A stretch of 64,000 nt of DNA, taken from assembly GCA_040954595.2 (NCBI GenBank), contig CM082577.2:7651846-7715845 (forward strand). The letters run 5' to 3'. Under the pieces are notes generated by a model that saw nothing but the letters and a program-made list of their open reading frames with translations, was not told the origin of the DNA and did no database searches. This document shows, piece by piece, positions 11,685 through 23,479 of this stretch; position 1 is the first letter of the stretch; the number at the start of each line of letters is the position of its first letter. Made by a program: the position numbers and the translations under genes. This DNA is from Balanoglossus misakiensis. Taxonomy: Eukaryota; Animalia; Hemichordata.

Positions 11685-14270
11685 ATGACCAGTAAAGCAA
11701 GTTTGAAGAGGGGAACCCTCGTAGTTGTCCTCCTCGTCGCTTATTACTCGGGAGAATGTCGAAGTGCGCGGATACCAGCGTCCGCAGTCTGCAGAACCAC
11801 AAAGTTCACCACGGATTGCAGCCACCTGAGACTCTACCAGGTGCCAACGGGCATTCCCAAATGGACAAAGGTTCTCATACTGAGCCACAACTCCATACCG
11901 AAGCTCACGGGACAGTCCTTTCAGCATCTTGCAAACCTCGAGCGCCTAGATCTCTCCTTCAACAGCGTGTCTCAGATCGAAGCGGGGACCTTTCTCTCCA
12001 CGGCCAGGCTCCGAACACTCTTGATGAGACACAACGAGGTCACGAAATCCACTTTGAGATACAACCCGCTCAGACCTTTGACTAACCTCACAGAACTGGA
12101 CTTGGCTCACAACAGATTGGTCACGATGGCAGAGGACATGTTCGCCGGTTTACCTCAGCTCCATATTTTGAATCTTGCAGAAAATGGACTCAAATCAGTA
12201 AAATTGGGCCGTGACGCAGACTTGCGAAATCTGAAGGTGTTGAACATTTCCAAGAACCAGCTCAGCGATTTGAATGAAGGCAGTTTTGCGGGGCTCAGTG
12301 GAGCTTCCTTAAGCGTGATGGATCTGTCTGACAACCAGATCAGCAATGTTGAAAATGGCACTTTCCTTTCTGTGAAGAGCATCAAAACTCTAAACGTCAG
12401 TGGAAGCTTCAAAGGCGACGTTCCACAAACTGTGAGGAAATTAGCATATCAGTTAAAGGGAAAGAGTCTGGAGAAGCTGGTCATGAAGAACTTGAATATA
12501 CAGAAGATCGACGAGGGGATGTTTGCAGGGTTTGCCACAGAAGGACTAGAACACCTCGATTTGTCCTGTAACAATATAACTGTTCTGACTGAGAGTTCGT
12601 CGTTCATTGGGCTCGAGGAACTGCGGCATCTCTACCTCGATGACAACAATCTACACCATTTTGACAGCAAATCACTAACCTATGCCAAATCACTGAATAC
12701 ACTGTCGGCAATGGGCAACAGATTGTCCCAGTTGACTGCTGGTATGTTTTTGAACATGACTCACGTACCTTTGAAATACCTTCTCATTCGGTATAACCAG
12801 ATTGCCCACATACAAGCCGGGGCCTTCCACGGACTTGGAAACTTGCTGAGCTTGGATTTGTATTACAACGCATTGCAGCAAGTAGTGGGACCTGAACACT
12901 TTCTGGGACTTGACAAAATAGAACGCATTGACTTGGCTCACAATAGAGTTGGTTTACGTTCAGGAACATTCAGCAAGTTGCAGACGTTGAAGAAGCTGTA
13001 CCTTAACCTAAACTTGCTCATTGCAGTTAAGGTCCGGCCGTCTCCCTTCGCAAATCTCACCTCGTTGAAGGTCCTTGACCTCGGTAATAACAACATGAAT
13101 TTCATTGATGAAGATGCGTTCGTGGGCTTGGTCTCCCTGGAGACACTCTACCTCCAGCACAACAACCTGGCTGGAATCTGGAAGAAATCCCACCCCGGCG
13201 GACCACTGCTGATGTTGCAGAACCTCACGAGATTGGAGAAGTTGCACCTGGGCTGGAACGGTTTCGACAACGTGCCCGAGGGGGCCTTCAAGAACCTTTC
13301 GAGCCTGAAGGGCGTCAGCCTACAGTACAACAACATCAACTCCCTCCCCGACGACCTGTTTGCCGACTCTACGAAAGTAGAGCAGTTGGAGCTGCAGAAC
13401 AATCAGATAACCCTGGTCAACCGATCCAACCTGGAGCCGTTCTTGGGGTCCCTTAAGAGCATCAACGTTGCCTTCAACCCGCTGTCCTGCAGCTGTGGCA
13501 TCGAGTGGTTCAGGAAGTGGGTGGACACAGCCGATGCAGAAGTTGTTAACGTGGACACCTACGAGTGCTTTTCTCCGCCGGAGCTGTATAAGAGTCCCTT
13601 TCTCGAATACCACCCGTCGCCGTGGCTCTGTGATCACGTCCTCCCGATGTGGGCCTGGGAAGTCATCGGTGTCTGTTTACTTGTTGTGGCGATACTAATA
13701 GCGACGTCCATAAGGTACAGGTGGTACTTGAAATACGCCTGGTATTACGTGAAAGCCAGGGTCAACAACTACTCTGCTTTGAAAGGCAAGAACTGCGAGT
13801 ACAAATACGACGCCTTCGTCTCGCACAGCAGCAAAGACGACGATTGGGTGAACACTCAGTTGGTGCCAAACATTGAACAGTGCAACCCGCCGTGTTACCG
13901 GCTTTGCATCAGCGACAGAGACTTCACCGCGGGCAAGGCCATCCTGGACAACATCGTCGACGCCATCGAGGACAGCAGGAAGACGCTCTGCCTGGTGACG
14001 GCGCACTTCCTGAGCAGCGAATGGTGCAAGTTCGAAAAGCGCATGGCGATGCACCGGCTCTTCGACGACAACAAGGACGTGCTGATTCTGGTCTTCCTCG
14101 AGAAGGTGCCGGAGAAGAAGCTGAGCAAGTACGAGAAGATGCACAAGTTGATGAAGAGGAAGACGTACCTGGAGTGGCCCGAGGACCCAGAGAAGCGACC
14201 GGCTTTCTGGGAGAGACTAAAGAGCGTGCTCGCTTCGGGGGTTGAACCGCAGGAAAATGTAGAAATTTGA
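11685..14270 (+). CDS. TLR3: Toll-like receptor, TLR3-like, copy A (861 aa, intronless CDS)
   Basis: Architecture is signal peptide, LRRNT (DCSHLRLYQVP), ~21 LRRs, LRRCT (NPLSCSC..WF), TM and TIR (YDAFVSHS, RDFTAG, YLEWP, FWERL). TLR3-specific segments PSPF and LQHNNLAGIWKKSHPGGP are present. The gene symbol is by similarity. Confidence 0.9.
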   Translation: MTSKASLKRGTLVVVLLVAYYSGECRSARIPASAVCRTTKFTTDCSHLRLYQVPTGIPKWTKVLILSHNSIPKLTGQSFQHLANLERLDLSFNSVSQIEAGTFLSTARLRTLLMRHNEVTKSTLRYNPLRPLTNLTELDLAHNRLVTMAEDMFAGLPQLHILNLAENGLKSVKLGRDADLRNLKVLNISKNQLSDLNEGSFAGLSGASLSVMDLSDNQISNVENGTFLSVKSIKTLNVSGSFKGDVPQTVRKLAYQLKGKSLEKLVMKNLNIQKIDEGMFAGFATEGLEHLDLSCNNITVLTESSSFIGLEELRHLYLDDNNLHHFDSKSLTYAKSLNTLSAMGNRLSQLTAGMFLNMTHVPLKYLLIRYNQIAHIQAGAFHGLGNLLSLDLYYNALQQVVGPEHFLGLDKIERIDLAHNRVGLRSGTFSKLQTLKKLYLNLNLLIAVKVRPSPFANLTSLKVLDLGNNNMNFIDEDAFVGLVSLETLYLQHNNLAGIWKKSHPGGPLLMLQNLTRLEKLHLGWNGFDNVPEGAFKNLSSLKGVSLQYNNINSLPDDLFADSTKVEQLELQNNQITLVNRSNLEPFLGSLKSINVAFNPLSCSCGIEWFRKWVDTADAEVVNVDTYECFSPPELYKSPFLEYHPSPWLCDHVLPMWAWEVIGVCLLVVAILIATSIRYRWYLKYAWYYVKARVNNYSALKGKNCEYKYDAFVSHSSKDDDWVNTQLVPNIEQCNPPCYRLCISDRDFTAGKAILDNIVDAIEDSRKTLCLVTAHFLSSEWCKFEKRMAMHRLFDDNKDVLILVFLEKVPEKKLSKYEKMHKLMKRKTYLEWPEDPEKRPAFWERLKSVLASGVEPQENVEI

Positions 14271-14839
14271 CAATTGCATAGACTTTGGTTGAGAACTTTT
14301 TTTTCGTCTGCGATACGTACCAGTATTCTTGTCTTGGTGACAATTAATGATTCTGCGAGTTGTTTTGCAGTATGAGTCTTTTCCAGAACATGAAATAATA
14401 AAAGGGGCACTTATGTAAAAGTCGTGGTAGTGAATAACTGAAACGTGTAGGCAACTATTTTTTGTTATTGGGGAGCGAGAGTTTGGGCTGAATTTGGATT
14501 TGACCCTATTTGTCATTATTGTGTTTCTTGGAACGAGTAGTTGACTTGCATTGAATGACTATGATTAATGGACCGGAGGTCAATTTTGTTCGTGTTCGTT
14601 TTTAATTATTCAATGCCTCAAAGGAGCAGGGCATTAAAAACATGTTTTGTTTACAAATGTCAAGCAAAAGTTTATGATATAATGTCCAACTAGCGTATGA
14701 TGTAAAACTTTGCTGTAAAGAATTATATATATAATACTTCTATTTAGATTCAAGTCTCTAAGTGCTTGCTTAGGTTTAACAATTGAGCGTCATGGATCAA
14801 AATATATAGTTGTTATGGATTTTGGCGCTATATAAACTG

Positions 14840-14884
<45 letters not shown>

Positions 14885-14969
14885 GAATGAATGAATGAAT
14901 GAATGAATGAATGAATGAATGAATGAATGAATGAATGAATGAATGAATGAATGAATGAATGAATGAATG
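14840..14969. repeat. Compound (GATT)n(GAAT)n microsatellite
   Basis: Direct tandem tetranucleotide repeats between the two TLR genes. Confidence 0.95.
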
Positions 14970-15759
14970 AAAATTGATTGAAAAAGATGAGTTGATTATT
15001 AAGGATGCAACAGATATGTTGAATACCAAGATGTATTGTACGGGATTCGAACTTTGAATTACGGTACGAATTCACGTAAAATTTCACAAACTTGAACTGC
15101 TGAAAATTATCTACTGAATAACAAGTTTGGGTACAGGTACCGTTGAAATCAACATAGCACTATTAATGCGATATCACAGATGGTGTCGAAGAGTTTGGTG
15201 AATAAAACTTATCTCAAACTAGAACTGGTACAACATAAATAAAATAAAGAGTACATTTGTACTGATAAAGCGGTTATAATGTCAGACTGCTTCTGGCGTG
15301 TGTGGGTGGGTGTTTAACGCTGGCGGCGCTGTGCTTGATCCGTTTATTAGACATATATATTACATGTACATGTCCTCATCAAAGGTCATCACAACACCGT
15401 ACCTTCCTACATTGATCATGCGACTTTCAGTGCTCAGGGAAAAATCGTCGACGTGCAGGTTTACAGTGGGACAACACTAAGGTAACATACTTTCTCAATT
15501 GCTTATTTCAAACGTGATTATTGCGAAAATATGGTGATTCGTTTGATCAGCATGCCACATCTATCTACGTCCGATGCAATATTGTACCATCGTACTACGG
15601 CGTCATTGCAGCTTCGTGCTCAATGGCACCGTTGCTCGATCATGCTATTTGTAATGTTTGTCTTCGAAAATGTGAGGGCAGTCTATTTATTACACAAACC
15701 ACACAAACAATAATAACAAGACGTGGCATTAATTAACGTCCGAAACGCTCGTCCCTGTA

Positions 15760-15770
15760 ACTTTCGTTTT
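15760..15770 (-). promoter_or_regulatory. IRF-element-like motif upstream of TLR copy B
   Basis: Minus strand reads AAAACGAAAGT, ~315 bp upstream of the ATG. kB-like GGGAGATTTTCC (~15993) and GGGCAATTCC (~16035) are nearby. Confidence 0.35.
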
Positions 15771-16084
15771 GCAAGGTCATAGCAATGCGCTAAAGTTTTC
15801 ATAATGTCAACAGAAGTTTACAATCTCGTCGATATATATATGAGAATTCCTTTCACTGTATCACACTCTACATAATAGCAACTGATGCATTGTTACTTTG
15901 TGTCACATCACATTTCTGATGGTGTGTTATTAATGGGTGTTTGATAATAAAAGTTATTGACATAGTGAAATGATTTCCATTTTAGAAACATTGGGAGATT
16001 TTCCAGAAGAAGAAGCACTTAGGACTGTGCCACTGGGCAATTCCAAGATACTGTGGCACTCATAATTGCCTGTTTTTGAGCAAG

Positions 16085-18661
16085 ATGCCACCATTAAGAG
16101 GAATCACTCTGATTTTGGCAATATCCTCCAACCTGATTGGACAGACTGATTGTAAACAACAAGAAGCCAAAACTGAGTGTCGAGTAGAGAAGTTCACCAC
16201 TGACTGCAGCCACATGAAGCTCTACAAAGTTCCCGCAGATATCCCAAAGTCAACCAAAAAATTGATACTGAGCCACAACACCATACCAGTGCTCACGGCC
16301 CAGAGCTTCTACGGGCTTGCGGATCTCGAAGACTTGGATCTGTCGTACAACAGCGTCTCTCATGTTGATGAACATACTTTTCAGAATAATCGCAAGTTAA
16401 AGAGCCTACTTTTGGAGCACAATGAAGTCACAGAATCGTCTTTGCCCTATGGAGTCTTTATTCCAGTCAGAAATCTTACGGAACTGAATTTGGGACACAA
16501 CAGATTGGTCTCCATGTCTGACGACATGTTTGCGAATACGCCTCGTCTCAGATACCTCAACCTGGCCGAAAATGGACTCCAATTATTGAAAATGGGCAAA
16601 GATGCCGACTTGGCCAATCTGAAGGAGTTGATTGTTTCCAAGAACAGGCTAGGCGGTTTGTCTCCAACCAATTTTGCTGGACTTAAGGGGGCTTCCTTAA
16701 GCGTGATGGATCTGTCTGACAACCAGATCAGCAACATTGAGAATGGCACTTTCCTGTCTGTGAAGAGCATCAGAACTCTGAATGTCAGTGGAAGCTTCAA
16801 AGGCGATGTTCCACAAACTGTGAGGAAATTAGCATATAAGTTAAAGGGAAAGAGTCTGGAGAAGCTGGTCATGAAGAACTTGAATATACAGAAGATCGAC
16901 GCGGGGATGTTTGCAGGGTTTGCCACAGAAGGACTAGAACACCTCGATTTGTCCTGTAACAATATAACTGTTCTGACTGAGAGTTCGTCCTTCATTGGGC
17001 TCGAGGAACTGCGTTACCTGGACCTCGATGACAACAATCTTTATAGCTTTAACAGCAGCGCTCTGATTGAACTGAAGTCCTTACACAGCCTCTCAATGAA
17101 TGATAACTTATTGCCAATACTGAGAGGAGGTCTCTTTTCCGGTATTGCGTCGCTTCCATTGAAATACCTTTACATCAGAAACAACAAGATTACATCCATA
17201 GAACCCGGGGCTTTCCTTGGACTTGGAAACTTAGTCGAGTTAGGCTTGTACACCAACCAAATTAACCAACAGTTGTCACAAGATAACTTTGCAGGTCTTG
17301 ACAAGATAGAGCGCCTGGATCTTGGCCACAATAAGATTTCTTTGAGTGCCAAGACGTTCGACAATCTGAAGAACATGACGCACTTGTATCTGAACCTGAA
17401 TCACATGACTTCAGTGAGTGTGCGCCCCTCACCGTTCAGGCATCTGACTGCGCTGAAGACGCTGGATCTAAGCAACAACAATATGGATTCCCTGGCAGCC
17501 GATACCTTTCAGTACCTGGTCTCCATGGAGACGCTCTACCTTCAGCACAACAACCTGGCCGGGCTCTGGAAGAGGTCTCGCCCAGGCGGACCCGTGCTGA
17601 TGTTGCGGAACCTCACAGGATTGGAGAATTTGCACCTGGGCTGGAACGGATTCGACGACGTCCCCGGAGGAGCTCTCCGGAACCTTTCCCGGCTGACGCG
17701 CGTGAACCTGGAGCGCAACAAGATCAACTTTCTGCCGGACAGCCTGTTCGCCGACGCCGAGAGCCTGCAGCAGTTGGAGCTGCAGAACAACCTGATAACC
17801 TTGGTCAACCGGTCGAATCTGGCGCCGTTCTTGCAATCTCTGCGGGTCCTGAACGTGGCCAACAACACCCTCTCCTGCAGTTGCGATCTGGAGTGGTTCA
17901 GGAAGTGGGTGGGCACCACCAGCGCGGAAGTCGTCGAGGTCGAAAAGTACAAGTGCATGTCGCCGCCGTCGATGTACAAGCAGCCTTTCCTGTCGTACCA
18001 TCCTCCCCCTTGGGAGTGTGACCATATCCTGCCGATGTGGGCTTGGCAGATCGGCATTCCTTCGCTCGTGGCACTGGTCATGCTGACTGCGATCGCCATC
18101 AGATACCGAGGATACATCCAGTGCCTGCATTACTTGATAAAGGCACGGTGCAACAACTACTCTGTCCTCACCGACAGCGTCTCGGATTACTCCTACGACG
18201 CGTACATCGCATGCAGCGCTGCGGACGAGGACAAGAACTGGGTCACGGAACATCTCATCCCGAATGTGGAGGAGTGTGCACCCCCGAAGTACAAACTCTA
18301 CTTCTCCGACCGGGATCAGACCGCCGGCATGATCATTGAGAATGCCGCCAATCTGATAGAGAGAAGCAGGAAGACGATCTGTATTGTCACGCCGAGCTTC
18401 CTGCGGAACGAGTGGTGTAATTACCAAAAGGACATGGCGCTGCAGCAGTACTTCGATGACCACAAGGACATCTTGGTTCTCATTTTCCTGCAGCCCGTGC
18501 CGCAGCGCAGTCTGACGCAGTACGAGAGAGTGCACAAGTTCCTGAACAAGAGAAGTTACCTGGAGTGGCCCCACGACAGAGGGAAGCAGTTGGCATTTTG
18601 GCAGAGGCTCAAGAGCGTTCTGGGAGCGCAAGTGGATGAGAGAAGAAATGTTGACGTGTGA
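16085..18661 (+). CDS. Toll-like receptor, TLR3-like, copy B (~858 aa from the first ATG, intronless CDS)
   Basis: Collinear paralogue of copy A: DCSHMKL, LQHNNLAGLWKRSRPGGP, LRRCT, TM, and a more divergent TIR (YDAYIACS, RDQTAG, YLEWP, FWQRL). The ORF track starts at TTG 16076; the first ATG is 16085. Confidence 0.9.
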   Translation: MPPLRGITLILAISSNLIGQTDCKQQEAKTECRVEKFTTDCSHMKLYKVPADIPKSTKKLILSHNTIPVLTAQSFYGLADLEDLDLSYNSVSHVDEHTFQNNRKLKSLLLEHNEVTESSLPYGVFIPVRNLTELNLGHNRLVSMSDDMFANTPRLRYLNLAENGLQLLKMGKDADLANLKELIVSKNRLGGLSPTNFAGLKGASLSVMDLSDNQISNIENGTFLSVKSIRTLNVSGSFKGDVPQTVRKLAYKLKGKSLEKLVMKNLNIQKIDAGMFAGFATEGLEHLDLSCNNITVLTESSSFIGLEELRYLDLDDNNLYSFNSSALIELKSLHSLSMNDNLLPILRGGLFSGIASLPLKYLYIRNNKITSIEPGAFLGLGNLVELGLYTNQINQQLSQDNFAGLDKIERLDLGHNKISLSAKTFDNLKNMTHLYLNLNHMTSVSVRPSPFRHLTALKTLDLSNNNMDSLAADTFQYLVSMETLYLQHNNLAGLWKRSRPGGPVLMLRNLTGLENLHLGWNGFDDVPGGALRNLSRLTRVNLERNKINFLPDSLFADAESLQQLELQNNLITLVNRSNLAPFLQSLRVLNVANNTLSCSCDLEWFRKWVGTTSAEVVEVEKYKCMSPPSMYKQPFLSYHPPPWECDHILPMWAWQIGIPSLVALVMLTAIAIRYRGYIQCLHYLIKARCNNYSVLTDSVSDYSYDAYIACSAADEDKNWVTEHLIPNVEECAPPKYKLYFSDRDQTAGMIIENAANLIERSRKTICIVTPSFLRNEWCNYQKDMALQQYFDDHKDILVLIFLQPVPQRSLTQYERVHKFLNKRSYLEWPHDRGKQLAFWQRLKSVLGAQVDERRNVDV

Positions 18662-19812
18662 CTTCTGTTGAGTTTTGAGTTTCACTTGTACTGCAATTAC
18701 AACATATAGCCAGTCACATGTGGAGTTGCGTTATAGAGTAGCAACAGGCTTGTACTGTGGTTATGGTGGATATTTTGACCAGTAATAACCAGCTCCAGTC
18801 TACGACACTGGATATTAAATAGTCAAACAGTGGCAGTTATTCTTTCATTTTCGAAGGCATTAGTATTTTGTAAATGTATTAATTTGTGAATGTGTTTATC
18901 ATTTACAAATTTTGTTGCTGATATTTATATCACTTGAGTGGCATTCATTTTATCTCATTTTTTTCATGTGCAATCAATAAGACAATTTAAATATTTCAGT
19001 CGATTAATTATTCTCACTATGAATGCTTTCATGTACAGGACAAGATGGACAGTCACAGTGTTGTATAGATATTTACACGCAAACGTTTGAAAATTCTAAT
19101 CATTTACTTCATTTTATATATTAACTCAGAACAAATCAAATGTTTAATTTTGAGATAATTGTATGAACTATAAATTTGGATTTATGTGGCATGTCCTGTA
19201 TCTGGAGAAAAGATGCATATCACAACACACAAACATACCCCATAAACTCAAACCAATAGAAAACTGCAGACAGTTATTATAGACAAAGACACTTTGTTTA
19301 TTATGCAACATAACAAATGTGAACACATAGACAATATCACTGAATTTGTAATCAATCATTACTTCAATCTGAGTAGAAATGAATGGTGCTATTTTTTTCT
19401 TGCAAACCCCACTTAAAAATGAAGATGACTTCTTGCACATTGGGCTGGGTCACATGTTGCTTATATCCCTCACTCCTTTTCTGAGGTTTTGATGAATAAG
19501 AGTCTATGTAAGTGGTTTTCTCCTGAAATGTTACAGAAGAATAAATATTTATTTTTAAGACTGAAGTTTGCCAAATCACGGCTTGGTGGCAAAGGGGTCA
19601 AACCAGTATCAAATGCACAAGGGGTCAATGATTATACTGCACTTTCTGATCAGCATGTATCGCCACTGAATAACGGTGAGGCCACAGACAACAGTCACGC
19701 CTCTTGCTTCAGTACCAAGCGAACTCTTCCCACTGAAGAAGCTGGACCTATTCGCAATAAAAAAAGTGGAGGGGATATTTGGGTTAATTCTGCATAAGGG
19801 GAGCGGCTCAGA

Positions 19813-22800
19813 TCACTGGTGAAACTGATGAATCATCTCCTCCTTGTTGATGAGATGTGTGGTTTTGTTGACCAGCTGCATCAGCTGATTCAGACTGTGG
19901 GACCATTCGTTGAGGATGTCGTTGGGGTCTTTGTGTTGGGCAAAGGTGATGATCCCCTGTAGTCTATCCACTCTTGCGTACACCGTCTTGTTGACGACAA
20001 GGTTCGACAAGAACTCTTCCGTTTCCTGGAACAGGGAAAACAAACAGATTTGATGTAATACATCATTCTATAGGTAAAATGAAATTTTTAGTGCTCAGTC
20101 AGTCATATGTGCATATTTTCTGCTATTGCTAACTCATTGTGGATCTCATTTCATACCTTACTCTTTCTCAAGTCTGATTACGAAATTTAGGAAAACTTAC
20201 GCTTTCAGACAATTCCAGCAGTTCAGCCATTCTCTTTGTGGTAATCCGTGTGTAATACTTGGCCATGACACGTATGTTCTGTAAGTAGATGCAATCAATG
20301 ATGTCAACATATTTTACCAAGCTGATGAGGACTTCTCCTTTACATTTTTTAAACATCTTAGTCTCCAAACTCTCCCACAAGAAACCAACACAACTTTTCA
20401 TCAAGGTACAGATAAGACGAAAACCACAATCATTGTGAAAAAAAATGGCAAAGATTTTCCACTAACATGTTCAACAACTCGTATCCTGAGATCGTCCCAG
20501 CGTTTCTTGCCCTTGTCGTTGTCAAGGAAGACACCGGTTGCTGGGTTGCCAGAACTGCCTTTCTTCAATTCTCTTTCATAGATTGCACAGACTTGCTGCC
20601 ACCTCATCAGCTCTGGTGTGGTGAAACACTTCAGAAGATTTCTGGAATCAAAGACAAGTTTTACTGGTACATGTACTGAAATACACCTACCCATAAAGAG
20701 ACAGTAACTCACTTTTTGTTGCACATATGATGTTCAGACAAGCCTCCCCCTTTAGAGATATCCACAGTATGAAGTAAAGAAACCATAGAAAAAATCAAAG
20801 TGCTTAAATATCAAAACATGTATATGCCAGTCAAAAAAAGACCTGTATGAGGCTTTCTCTCACCTATAGACTGACATCTCTTCAAGATTCTTGTCTTCGC
20901 TAATTCTCATCATTAGATCAGATTGTTCGTTGTCATATGGTGACAATAGGATGTATAATATAACACACTTCAGAGCCTGCGGAGAGAAGAAAATCAAAGT
21001 GACATAGCAATTTGACATCCACTGTAATGGGAAACAGACCAATTTTTATTACTGGAGGGATGAAAGTGTCAACAGACAGCATTGGGGGTCAATACAGGGT
21101 CAGCTTACCTCTTGCCACTTTTCCTTGTTGTCTTTGATAATTGGTGTGTCGTAGATAGCTCTGTAGTGCTTGCAAATCTGCAAGTAGGAACCTTCATGCT
21201 GATCGAGCTCTATCATTAGTTTGTAATACTTCAGCTTGATTTCCTGGCACAAGAAAAAAAGAGAAATGTGTGGTGAAATCATTCAGTATTAGGCAGAACA
21301 AAAATTCAGTCACAACTGCAAATATTATGAGATGTTGGAGACATTCAGTGGAAAACTACTTATGACTATATGCAAAACTTGTGAATTGTCATACTCACAG
21401 ACACCAGTTAAGTGTTTGAGTAATAATGTATTACTGAATCATAAGAAAAGACACTATGAAACTAAAATCTGTTTTCCAAGGAATAATGCACCTTATAGAA
21501 CACACCATACCTGCACAGCTTCATCAGTGCTGTCAAAGTACTTGGTGGCGATTTTCTTGCTGATGATCTGTGTTCTAATGTAGTCTTGATTCGCTAGACA
21601 GAGCCGCATCTGCTCCAAAATAAACTCCACTTTTTCCTTCTTCTCCATGGAACCGAATGTTTCAACCTGTGTGCAGGACCACATGAAGATATTGATGGTA
21701 GCAAAGACATGGCACCCAGTGGACCGCAGCGAGCACAGCCAGAAAATCTGTTGAAATCAGGGCTTACTTGCAGCATCCCAAATAACAGGGAGACTACTTT
21801 TTTGACATAGAATGTTACCACAGTGACACACACACCTGCAATTCTTGCAACACTTTGGCAGCATCTGCAATGTCTCCTTGGCCTTCCTTGATTTTTGTTA
21901 ATTTCATGGTGAGTCTGGCACGCTCTATTTCAACATAGATCTGTGGATCAAACACAATGTCACATTCATTATTTATTTATAATCCAAAAGAAATATTTCA
22001 GGGGCTCTGCTGTATGCAATCAAAGACAGTAGAATAAGCGTTCCATGTAACAGCAGGGACGTTCTAAGTGTGGTTTGCAAACCCTCACACAATTTTCAGT
22101 TTCGTAAAATCACCTACTCGTAGGATATTTATTACGGGCACTGTACGAAAGAGTAACATATGCATTTTTGTAGGTGTCTATTCAAAGGATTTCACTCACC
22201 TTGCCAGCTGTGATAGTTATCAGTGTGTCTATGAGTTTCAGTTTGGTTTCCATGTCTGGTGTCAGGTCCACATACTCAAAGGCTTGTTGAACCATTTTCT
22301 GCACAGCCTGTTTATCATGGGCGATAATAATAAAAACTGTGAGAAAATGCAACCTACGTTTTTGACTAACCTGGCATGTATGCCATTGGCAACAACATGG
22401 GTATGAATTGATTGTGGCGCAGTCAAACATAAACATACATGTAGACAACAATGTAAACTCTCTACTTACCAATTTTAACTGACTCCTCTTTTTGGTCAGC
22501 AACAATAAATTTTCATTCAGTAAATTCCAGTCCCTTTGCTCATAACAAAACTTCACAATAGCTACCAATATCTTGCCTGTGGAATGTGCATCTGCAGCCT
22601 AAGTTAAGAAGGGAAAGGGGAAAATGGACAGAGATTTTGAAAAGAGAAGACAAAGCTGTATCATAAATATTCGAATATCACAATTTCTGTGCCCGTTCTG
22701 AGAAGAATGAAGACAATGACATGGATCATAAAAGAAATATAAATCTCTGTTCTACTGTTGTTCACATTGTAGATGCTTTGTCAGAGGTGGAAAAAGCAAA

Positions 22801-23479
22801 TGTTGCAGATTGTGTCAGCTCTGAAGCTAAGCGTTTTGCCAGAATGTGTGTACTTCTCAAATATTATAAAAGTACTTTTGAGTAAAACTTTGTTTGCGTG
22901 TGGGATCATAGTTTTCATACATTTATTTGAAACTGCTACAATTAACCCTGGATGTGTAGGTACCCAATTGATACATACCGTTCTAGTTTGCTTTTCAAGA
23001 GAGAGCAAACTTTCCAAGGCTTCTGTCAGTTTCCCTTCCTACAAACAAAAACATGTGAATGAGTGTATTTGAAATTGAGTGGTTGTTATAGTCACACGAC
23101 AAAAATGATTAACAGCTATGATTCCAGATCAAAGACTATCCCATTTCACCCAAATCCTACCACTTTGAAACTTAGCCATACAATTATCTGCTTGGGAACA
23201 TAATTTTAGTGGCCTTCCAACTTCTTACATTTTGTGTACATGTATTGTGGCCTGTAGACAGAGACCATGTGTATGACTTGCAGAATGACTCTTGCACATA
23301 GATGTCGGTATATTTGATGAAGTAGACTTTCAATGGTCTAATAAATTTACTCAATTGTTTGTCACTAATTTCTTGTCACCTACCTTGACCATTTGTTCGC
23401 ATTCTGGAATCCGTTTATTCACAGTATCACTATAATCCACTTCCATTTTCTGAGCCCGGCTATCATCGATGGACGCCAT
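19813..23479 (-). CDS. PSMD12: 26S proteasome non-ATPase regulatory subunit 12 (RPN5), multi-exon
   Basis: Exons encode [74 protein letters not shown] and [16 protein letters not shown], with GT-AG junctions. Confidence 0.95.

Noticed and set aside
14010-14050. TIR WCxxE glutamate in TLR copy A as evidence for NADase activity
   Set aside because: The same motif occurs in mammalian TLR TIRs that are not known NADases, so it is insufficient on its own.
17468-18685. 405-aa antisense ORF, and other overlapping ORFs at 13320-14410, 17542-18117 and 34300-34887
   Set aside because: They are shadows of GC3-rich sense coding in the TLR 3' halves and the Maf exon, with no recognisable domains.
23272-23298. 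TGACTTGCA / TGACTCTTGCA in PSMD12 intron 1 as a proteasome ARE
   Set aside because: The spacing does not fit TGACnnnGC.
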